From: Antechinus flavipes
Lineage: Eukaryota
DNA length: 64,000 nt
Assembly (NCBI RefSeq): GCF_016432865.1
Contig: NC_067401.1
Span: 348,812,001 to 348,876,000 of the forward strand
Direction: 5' to 3'
Positions 55,101-64,000 of this stretch are shown piece by piece. Every line of letters begins with the position of its first letter. Positions within the stretch are counted from its first letter, which is position 1. A model generated the notes under the pieces. The model saw nothing but the letters and a program-made list of their open reading frames with translations, ran no database searches and had not been told where the DNA came from. Both the position numbers and the translations under genes were made by a program.

Positions 55101-55797
55101 AAAATGATGTTACAGGTTCTTAATGAATTCTAATTGTAAAGGCACAACTGCCTTTTCCTTCCCCTAATTAATGCCTATATTAATTTAAACATTTTTCACC
55201 TTTAGATTCAACAATTTCAAGATCAAGATTTACTGGTAGATATTGAACTTTTAAAATAAAAATGTGATTCTTAGTTTTCCCATTTACAGATAACTCTTAA
55301 TGGTTTCAAAGTTAGATGAAGAATTTTGAGGAAGAGTCAGATGATAAAAGTATCTCTCTTTACTTTGAAATATCTTTTATTAAAAACAAGAAAGGTTTGC
55401 TCTTCCTTGGGTTAAGTGCACAGGCTATGGAGTGGAAGGATAGAACTTTGGAGATCTCTTCCTGCCTAAGGATTCTACAGTGATCAATGGCATGAATTAT
55501 ATAATCTCAAGGTCTGGGTTATGAGGAGGACTAAGGGGGCAAAATAAGGGAAATTTGATCAGGTTAGACCAGTAATGCTGGCTGACAATGTGCAAGGTAG
55601 CGGTGAAGGGCCCTGAGTAATGGCAGGCTCTTGCAGCTAGCTAAGGGCTTCTGCTATTGTTAGAACCAGAAGAGCTCAAAGCTCACTCGAAACTCATATG
55701 ATAGCCAGGATTTTAAAGACCTTTCTGAGTCTTTCTTACTGCTTGTCTCTTAAAGCCTCTTGAGAAGTAGGGATCGCTACTATATTGTAGATAGTGT

Positions 55798-55990
55798 CAG
55801 GGGTCCTAAAACTATGGGCCTGTGGGCCAGATGTAGCAGCTGAGGACATTTATCCCCCTCATCCAGGGCTATGAAGTTTTTTTATTTAAAGGTCCACAAA
55901 ACAAAGTTTTTGTTTTTACTATAGTCCGGCCCTCCAACAGTCTGAGGGACAGTGAACTGGCCCCCTATTTAAAAAGTTTGAGGATCCCTA
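55798..55990 (+). mobile_element. Non-autonomous hAT MITE, OC1-like, 193 bp
   Basis: TIRs CAGGGGTCCTAAAACT and AGTTTGAGGATCCCTA (13/16 complementary); a 43-nt stretch is identical to the 30281 copy; 8-bp TSD not clearly preserved. Confidence 0.85.
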
Positions 55991-56211
55991 GTAGGTATTC
56001 AATAACTGTTCAATTGAATGGAAGATACCTATTAGCCAAGGAGCTTCATTATTGGTGAAGTTTTCTCTATTGTTCTGGATTTGGGAATACAAGAACTCTG
56101 ACAATGTTCAAATCTGCCCCTTTTATAATTTTTATTTTTTAATGTATTTGTTTATTTATAATTTGTTTTTCTCTTGCAATGAATAGGTTCTATTTGGTCA
56201 GTCCGGCCTTC

Positions 56212-56317
56212 CTCCTGAAATTGGAAGACAGAGACCTCTCAAGTCATAGAGATCAGCAGCTAGAATCTTGTATCACCACGAATGTCAGTCACGGCAATAT
56301 TCTGCATCCTCTTGAAG
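56212..56317 (+). pseudogene. SYTL3: Probable decayed SYTL3 C2A-C2B linker exon (AEKYEDSVPQSNGEL-type)
   Basis: AAATTGGAAGACAGAGACCTCTCAAGTCATAGAGAT resembles the recalled human AAATACGAAGACAGCGTTCCTCAGAGTAATGGAGAG. It ends in GAAG at the expected distance, but there is no AG at the expected acceptor and ttcatg sits where the GT donor should be. Confidence 0.45.
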
Positions 56318-57157
56318 TTCATGTATCAATGTATCTGAAATACATGCTAGCAATGAGACTATGGAGAATTCACAGAAATTCAATGGAATAAGGAAGTCTC
56401 CCTCTTAGCTTTGATGAGGAAGAGAGGTAAGGGAATGGCCTTGTATGAGCAAAATTTGGGTTTTTGCCTCAGTTTGTGGCTAAGCCCTGTCCTAGGAGGT
56501 CACTCATTCTCAAAAAAAACTTCAACAACTTCCCTCTAGGGTTATCTATAAACTCCAGCTAACTTTTTAAAGCCCTTCCCAATCTATTTCTTTATCTCTA
56601 GCCTCATTTTCATTACTTTCCCCAAGAAGAAACACTATTCGTTTCAAGGGAGCTCAGGAAAGATGGTACCTATTTAACATTTTGAAGGAAGGAGGGTTTC
56701 AGTGAAAAAGGAATGCATTTTACCTTGCTCTCTGTCCTCCACACACTACACCATCTCTAGTTTTGAAATCACTAGTCTTCTGTCCCAAATTAACTTGTCT
56801 TCATATCTATTTTGTACATATCTAAAATATGCTGTTTCCTATTAGAATGAAAACTCTTTGAGAGTAGGGATGGATTGATTCCTTGTATTTTATCCTTGGT
56901 ACCTGAGACAAAGCAGCTACCCAATAAATGCTCGTTGACTGGCTGAATATTTTGATAAGTGTGGCCCAGTACTTTCGCAAGCATTCCCTCCCCTCCCAGG
57001 CTTGCCTTGACAGTAAAATTAATGATACTTGGCATTCCATCCCATGCACCCTGGGCAAGGTTGATTATCTCCAAAGCTGAAGTAAAAACATCAACCGTAA
57101 ATGCTGAATTGTCAAATCCCAACGGCAAGATCTCCTTGGTTAGCTCTGCTCCAGCAG

Positions 57158-57267
57158 GGCGCCCTGTGGGAGGGTAATGAACAGCTCAGAAGGAACCAGA
57201 CTGAAGCATGTGTCCAGAGAGCCAAATGGATCTTTAATCTCCCATGAAAGAGAATTTGTCTCTAAGG
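57158..57267 (+). pseudogene. SYTL3: Possible decayed first C2B exon (GQL...GAKNL...PDGTLNSFVKG-type)
   Basis: ctccagcag acceptor-like sequence, then fragments EQLR / GTR / PNGSLIS / FV.K in the expected order. It needs indels to align and has no GT donor (aagg|ataaat). Confidence 0.35.
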
Positions 57268-57533
57268 ATAAATCTAGATTAGGACGGGAGGTCGAGTAAC
57301 AGGTTTAATGAGATCACATTATAGTCCCTTGCTGAACACAAGTTCTGTAAGATTTTCATTCTAGTTCACATGGCTCGACAACCTCTTTCATAATGGACTT
57401 AGTAATATATTTAAATGTTTCCTGTTTTGCAATAAGGAACAACTGCCTACACATAGGACTAGGGAGGGGAGGCGGCTTGATCCCCTGTTATATCTTAGCA
57501 CTGAGTGTTTGATGGTTTCCCTGACACCATCAG

Positions 57534-57780
57534 TTGCCTTGTTGGGGTGGGGAGTGGGGCTGGAGGAAAAATCGTCTCATCCTTCAACACCAAAAAAATT
57601 AAAACTGAAATATCCAGTTGTGAAAAAGTAAATCTGCCCACATTGGGCAGAGACACTTCTTTGTTCTCAATGGCGTGACCCACTTCTTAGCTGAAGCAAT
57701 GGATGAACTATCTGGGATACACCATGTTGGGATTATTTCAGTGTAAATGAATCTTTTTGAAAGGATCAAAATATGAATAC
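57534..57780 (+). pseudogene. SYTL3: Decayed main C2B exon of SYTL3
   Basis: Reads RLILQHQK/LKLKYPVVKK*ICPHW/HFFVLNGVT/S*LKQ/TIWD...FSVNE/FLKGSK against human CLTLPDQQKLRLKSPVLRKQACPQWKHSFVFSGVTPAQLRQSSLELTVWD...FGMND.LLGGTR. TAA at 57629-57631 and TAG at 57688-57690 both fall at Gln positions; several frameshifts. Confidence 0.88.
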
Positions 57781-59114
57781 TTCACACAGCTTAAGCAAGA
57801 ATGTCCTCTCCTTGTTACTGTCCATAACTACATTTAAAAAAAAAATCTTTCAACCTTTCTGAGACTGTTTTTTCATCTGTGAAATAAAATAATGGTATTT
57901 AGTAGGGCTTTCTGAGGGTCAAATTAGATAATGTAAAATATAAAGCACTTTGCAAATCTTAAAGATGTCATTATTAGTAACAATAATAATAATTTAAAAA
58001 ATACTTCCTCAATAGTAGGTTACTTAATTTGCTTCTAGGGTATTTAGAAATGGTTATTGCAAAGCTTAATACCTATTACTAAGGGATAATACATTAAGGT
58101 ATTTAAACAATTTAAATTACTCTAATCTTCTAAAGGAAAAAAATCTTAATATTGAAAAACCCCAAACCAACTCTGATCTAACTTTGAGCTAAAATATTGG
58201 CTTTTTGTTTTAGCGGCTGGCTATTAAAGGATTACTTTAAAAAAAAAAAAGAAAAAGAATCCACTCCTTTTTTCAACTCAAATAAAACAAAGATAGCCTA
58301 GATAAATGTCATTAAATGGAAATTAAAATCTACTTTTTAAAAAAGAAAGCTATTCCATAGAAGTATGTGTCCTCCTATTAAAGGAAATGGTCCCAATTTA
58401 CATTCAGCCTCAGGGTCTCCCGTTTCTTCTTCCCTTCTCCTCTTCATGAAGAATCAACCAATGCACTAACATTTTTGTTCTTCTCCTTTCCTATCAACTT
58501 TTTTTGTATGTAATGAGTCACCTAAACCTTGAGCTTCTTTTATGGAGAAGTGATTGCTAAAGACTCAGTACTGAATTTGGGAGTCCTTCCTATTCCTTAA
58601 TGTAAGTAGTTAATGCCTGCATATGTGATACTTCAAATGAAACTTTTCTTGGACAAGACCTATTATTTTATTGGTATACAGAAATAGTGAGGAAACTCCT
58701 TCTACTGATGTAGATCTGCTGATACTGGAGGAGTCATACATAGAGAGCTGGCAAGGATTGTAGAGCCCACAAAATCCAACTCTCCCATTTTACAGATGGG
58801 GAAACTGAGGCCCAGAGAAGGAAAGTTATAGGATTGTGGATTTGTAGCTAGAAGGGATCACCAAAATCATGGGCCCATCTCCCACCATTTTTCAAATAAG
58901 TGACATGCCCAGCAAATGACAGAGTTAGAGACTTGAACCCATATTTTTTTGACTCTGGGGTCAGCTCTCTATCCACCAACACCATACTGCTTTTTAGCTA
59001 TATAACTTCATAATGATCAAGAAAGGTTCACTGGAAAAAGGCTAAAAGGAAAATAAAATTAAACCTTTCTCGCCACATTCTGCCAATATCAACTTTTTTT
59101 TCTTCAAAATTTAG

Positions 59115-59232
59115 AATCAGGCAGCTGGGGGGAAAGGGGGGGGGAGGAGAGGCTTAGACTTATTCTCACAATCAAAATTTATGTCCAAAAGTTCTTTCCA
59201 TGTCAAAATTATGGACAATGATATTAAAGTAA
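59115..59232 (+). pseudogene. SYTL3: Decayed terminal coding exon of SYTL3
   Basis: tttag acceptor; SQSK then frameshift, then KVLSMSKLWTMILK* (59188-59232) against human SQSKLQWQKVLSSPNLWTDMTLVLH*. G-run expansion at the 5' end. Confidence 0.8.
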
Positions 59233-60612
59233 ACCACCACTTGGTAAAGACAAATACATTTATTTTTTTAAAAAAACCTGGGGATTGCATTCTTGCAAGA
59301 AGCTAAAAGTCAGGTGCATCCCCAAAATTCCAAGTGGCAGCATAATACCTCTCAACACATTTACTTTCTCAAGTATAAATGTGAAAAATCACCAACTCCT
59401 GCTGCAGGAGAGGAACTAATTTTCATAATCTTTTTTTGTAAATATTTAACTTAAGCCGGCCAGTCACTGTTGAGAGTGAAAAGAATGCTATCATAGAAAT
59501 AAGGTTCAAGTCACTGACCTCTTCTTCACAGGCAAGATGCTTACTTACCCTGTAGTAGTAAAAAGCCCATTGGGAAGTAGTTCAATTATCACTAAGTGTC
59601 CACAAAACATTCTGTGATGTCACTAGTAATATGTCCAAATACATAAAATGACAGACGCCCAAGGTAATTTTTATTATGAACATTTGGAGGGAAATTTTTT
59701 TTTCTGAATATTTAATTTATAGTTCTGCACCATGGATGTTTTTTTGTAGGGGAAATTTTTCTTACTCTTTGTCCCCAAACATCATTAAGCACTGATGAGC
59801 CATTCATTTTCACTTTCAAGTTCATGTAATGTTAATAACATATGCTGTCCAGAAATGCACTACAGCTGGTCTCCTGTCCTATTTTCTGAATCTGCATTAC
59901 AGCAGAACCAATTACATATTTTAAATAATTAATAATAACTAGCTTTTATATAGTCCTTACTAGTGCCAAACACTTTTTAGTTATTATCTCATTTGCTCTT
60001 CACAACCACCTTGGGAGGTAAGAACTGTTAATATCCCCATTTTACAGATGAGAAAAACCGAGGCAAACAGAGTTAAATTGATTTGTCCAGGATCACAGCA
60101 TCAGCAAGTGTCTAATGTTGCACTGGAACTCAAGTTTTCCTGATTCTTGGTCAAGCACTCTATCCATTGTACCCACCTAGCTGCTGCCCCCTAATAATAA
60201 TCATAATTTTAAAGAGTGCAAATTCAAAGATATGTGATTATATCTGGGGATTCATTATTTCACTATTTTACTAATTGAGACTTAGTTATAATTAACAGCT
60301 AGACAAATGTGAAATGGGCAAGCTCAGGAAGCAATGGGTCACCCATCACTGGAGGCAAGGATTGAGGAAATCCTTTGTTGGGTGGCTAGCAGAAGGAAGT
60401 CTTTTGTAGTACAGGCGGGATGAGATGGTCATTGAGTGGATGTCCCTTCCACCTCTAAAATCCCTGAGATATACACACATCACAACCTAGCTCAATCCAG
60501 TTGCTAACGGCTTCCGAGTAGTTTATGAAAACCACAGTCAATAAAAGGGATTCCCCGGCCCCCCAACATGTAATCAAACATCAAATGCTCTGCAACATCA
60601 TCTTGAAGATAT

Positions 60613-60618
60613 TTTATT
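60613..60618 (-). terminator. EZR distal polyadenylation signal AATAAA
   Basis: Minus strand CCGCATACACACAAAATAAAATATC resembles the recalled human end CCGCAGACATGAAATAAAAGC. Confidence 0.7.
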
Positions 60619-61093
60619 TTGTGTGTATGCGGTGCAGAAGATGTCGGCATACGGTGTTTTAACTTAAAAAAGACAAAGAGGAGGGAGTTGATGAGGAAGC
60701 AGGGCTGAGAGCACACCACGGCTAGTATGCTAATGGTTTTCCAAAGATGAGACAGGGAAGGGGAAGGAGGTCATACCAAAGTTTTCCTGGTCAGAATACA
60801 GAGATGACTCACAGAATTAAACAGTCCCTTCATGGATGGAGTCTGAATTGTTATTAATCAACATTTTCTTTTAAAAAATTAGAAGCTCTTTTAGGAAAAA
60901 GGTGAGCTGTTTGTGTATGTGTGTGTGTATGTACACACACACACACGTGTATGTATACTGAATCACGTGTAAGACACAAATAAAAAAAAATCATTTTACA
61001 AATGTGATTACATCGAGTAATCAGTCTCCTGTCATCACAGTACATCAGATTAAGTACCTTGTCTAAGTGGTTTTGTTTTTCATATTTAATTCC

Positions 61094-61099
61094 TTTATT
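61094..61099 (-). terminator. EZR proximal polyadenylation signal AATAAA
   Basis: tttatt on + immediately after the conserved UTR block. Confidence 0.65.
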
Positions 61100-61992
61100 A
61101 TTCTGTAAAAGGTAACAAAATATACAGAACAAAACTTTCCCTTTTTTAAACTAAGGTTACAACCCATATTCATTATCATTTATATATAAATACTATTCTC
61201 TATAACTGATCATTAATTAAGCCAGAGTATAACACATTAGGTGTATAGAAATTAAAAGTATACCTAACGTTCATGCAAAATAAGGTATCAGAGTGTGTTC
61301 CTATATTGTTCCTTCTGAGGGATCACTGCAGGAATGTTTTTTCCAACTAAACCGAATTACCTGAAGGGGGAAATAGACCATCTTGGGGAAGGAGGGAGAA
61401 GGGAGATTTTTTTTTTTTAAAGACCAATCTTTCAAAATGAGCACTTTAGAAACATGGATCAATTTTGCATAGAATGGAAAGTGAATCAGGCACTTCTTAG
61501 GCTAATTTCTTTGAATATGCAGAGAGAGAGAGACACAGGGAGACAGAGAGAGGGAGGAAGAAAGGGAAGAAGAAAAGGAGAGGGAAGAAGGGAGAATCAA
61601 AGTATGGCACTGTCTGGCCACAATGTGATTTTCTTTAATTACACTCAATCTTGATGCATCACACATACCAATATGAAATGCTGTCTATCTCTTTATCAGG
61701 CTTTAGAGATGCTCAATCTTACTCAAATCAATCCTGCTGCAGGCCTTTTTGGCACTAATATACAAGGGGGAAATGCTCTAGGTGTCCCTCCAATCTCCCC
61801 ACCTCCCAGCCCCCAGAATAATAATGCTGAATAATTATTTTCTCTCCATCAGAGAAGCTGGAATATGGGAGTTTCTAGATTTATAGTATACCAAAAAAAT
61901 ACACATTATACTTGTCATACAATGGACTCCCCTCAGAAAAGTTCGGATCTGCTTTTTCCCACAGTCCTGCCTCTTAGCTGTACAGTGCGTTT

Positions 61993-62157
61993 TTACATAG
62001 CTTCGAACTCATCGATTCTCTGCTTTGTATTCCCCTGTCGAATCTGCCTCAGAGTCTTGTACTTGTCGCGTCCTTGCCTCATATTCTCGTTGTGGATGAT
62101 GTCGTTGTGGGTTCTCTTATTCTCATCTCTGGCTTGGGACAGCTCATTTGTCAATGT
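61993..62157 (-). CDS. EZR: Ezrin, last coding exon (C-ERMAD / actin-binding tail): [54 protein letters not shown]
   Basis: Minus-strand tgtttcag acceptor, 54 codons plus TAA. Near-identical to the ezrin C-terminus including the KYKTLR regulatory threonine motif; SYTL3-EZR tail-to-tail synteny. Not in the ORF track because it has no ATG start. Confidence 0.97.
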   Translation of the reverse strand, partial: TLTNELSQARDENKRTHNDIIHNENMRQGRDKYKTLRQIRQGNTKQRIDEFEAM

Positions 62158-62989
62158 CTGAAACATTAAGGAACATAGTTAGATAAATGACACGTCAGGA
62201 ATTTAATGACAGCTATGACGGATACCCATGAGAGGCTCTGATGTCTGTAAAACATCTCATTTGGAAACAAAACAAAACAAAACAAAATCTCGTTTGGAGT
62301 TCTGCAAGTGAGCTATAAGCTGGGTCCCATTTGGGGTTCTCTTGACAAAGATGGCTTGCCATTCCCTTCTCCAGCTCATTTTACAGAGAGGGAAACTGAG
62401 GCAATTAAGATTAAGTGGCTCAGCCAGAGTCACACAGCTAGTAGGTATCAAAGGAAGGATTTGAATTTAGGAAAATGAGTCTTTCTGGCCCTCTATAGGA
62501 TTTATAACCCTCATTTCAGAGGTGAAGAAGTGAGGTTAAGAGCTTGCCTGGGGGCCATATAGCTAATGGCAAACAAAGTGTTCCAGACCCCAACATATAG
62601 TGCCAATGATGTGTCTCATTTATGAAATTTTTATTTTCAGTCCCCTATGACATTATTTCATATGGCATCAGATAGAGGCCATATTGATTTTGGAGAATTG
62701 TTTCCTTCTCCTTTTTTTTTTTCTTTCCTCTGTTTAAAAATAATTTTACTTTTTAAAAAAAAGTTTCTCTTACTTGCTTTGTTTGTAAAAAACTTAAAGT
62801 TTTTTATTTTTATTTTTTACTTATGAAAATATTATGAAAAAATTTAAAAATTATGAAAATTTATAAATTTCATGAATTTTGTTTTCAGTCCCTTCTTTTA
62901 TTTATCTTATTTTTAAATTAATTTAATTTTAATAAAAATTAATTTTATAATTTAATTTTAATTAAAATTTAATTTAAAAATTTTAATTT

Positions 62990-64000
62990 TAATAATTTGC
63001 TTAGTCAATTTATTCAGCCATTCTCCAATTGATGGGCATCCACTTGGTTTCCAGTTTCTGGCCACTACAAAGAGACCTGCCACAAACATTCTTTACACAT
63101 ACAGGTCCCTTTCCCTTCTTTAAGATCTTTTTGGGTTATAAGCCCAGTAGTAACACTGCTGGATCAAAGGGTACGCACAGTTTGATAACTTTTTGAGCAT
63201 AGTTCTAAACTGCTCTCCAGAATGGCTGGATCCATTCATAGTTCCACCAACAATGTATCAGTGTGGCAGTTTTCCCTTCCTACATTTGTCATTATTTTTT
63301 CCTGTCATCTTAGCTACTCTGACAGGTTTGTAGTGATATCACAGAGTTGTCTTAATTTGCATTTCTCTGATCAATAGTGATTTGGAGCAGCTTTTCACAT
63401 GTCTACAAATAGTTTCAATTTCTTCATTTGAAAATTGTCTGTTCATATCCTTTGACCACTTATCAATTGGAGAATGGCTTGAACTATTATAAATTTGAGT
63501 CAATTTTCTATATATTTTAGAAATGAGGCCTTTATCAGAACCTTTGGATGTAAAAATGTTTTCCCAATTTATTGCTTCCCTTCTAATCTTGTCTGCATTA
63601 GTTTTGTTTGTACAAAATCTTTTTAATTTAATATAATCAAAATTATCTACTGTATGACCAATAATGATGCCTAGTTCTTCTTTGGTCACAAATTCCTTCC
63701 TCCTCCACAAACCTGAGAGGTAAACTATCCTATGTTCTTCTAATTTGTTTATAATATCATACTTTATGTGTAGATCATGAATCGATTTCAACCTGATCTT
63801 GGTATACAGTGTTAGATGTGAGTCAATGCCAATTTTCCCAGCAGTTTTTGTCAAATAGTAAATTCTTATCGCCAAATCTGGGGACTTTGGGTTTGTCAAA
63901 TACTAGATTGCTGTAGTCATTGACTATTTTGTTCTGGGAACCTAATCTATTCCACTGATCAACTACTTTGTTTCTTAGTCGATACCAAATGGTTTTGATG
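62990..64000 (-). mobile_element. L1 ORF2 fragment in the last EZR intron (runs off the window)
   Basis: ORF 63339-63899, 186 aa of L1 ORF2 (LTLYTKI...IKLKRFCTNK...WENIF...SDKGLISKIY...PIDKWSKDMNRQFS). Confidence 0.95.

Larger units (their letters stand above)
60590..61992 (-). other. EZR: EZR 3'UTR
   Basis: Conserved block at about 61090-61160 (minus strand AAAAAGGGAAAGTTTTGTTCTGTATATTTTGTTACCTTTTACAGAAT) matches the ezrin 3'UTR as recalled; two AATAAA signals. The 3' end is approximate. Confidence 0.85.

Noticed and set aside
56790-57177. Overlapping ORFs of 72-112 aa on both strands near the decayed exons
   Set aside because: No family similarity; the VKLMILG resemblance to C2B LCLVVLG is not supported by flanking residues.
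62780-63000. Extremely AT-rich quasi-palindromic tract
   Set aside because: Low-complexity expansion at an L1 junction; no defined repeat unit or element termini.
63339-63899. Longest clean ORF (186 aa)
   Set aside because: L1 ORF2 fragment, not a host gene.
1-64000. tRNA, rRNA, snoRNA, CRISPR arrays, CpG-island promoter
   Set aside because: None recognisable. tRNA-like boxes belong to SINE heads, and both gene promoters lie outside the window.

Overview
Mammalian, AT-rich and repeat-dense genomic DNA, most likely from a dasyurid marsupial such as the Tasmanian devil. That species call is inferred from the marsupial CORE-SINEs, L1 3' ends, RTE and two OC1-type hAT MITEs. The window holds the central and 3' part of SYTL3 (synaptotagmin-like 3, Slp3) on the + strand and the last exon plus 3'UTR of EZR (ezrin) on the - strand, tail-to-tail as in other mammals. 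Eight SYTL3 exons (2610-40876; linker plus complete C2A domain) are intact, with GT-AG sites and compatible phases, giving 905 nt without a stop. The exons that should encode the C2B domain and C-terminus survive only as decayed remnants at about 56.2-59.2 kb. Two of these remnants are clear and carry nonsense codons or frameshifts; two are weak. This points to a lineage-specific loss of C2B and a possible single-C2 Slp3 with a new 3' end. Candidate new ends are read-through at 40877-40915 or a novel terminal exon at 44568. The rest is L1, L2, L3/CR1, RTE, SINEs, small DNA-transposon MITEs, low-complexity DNA and four N-gap regions. Human comparisons are from memory and need alignment to confirm.
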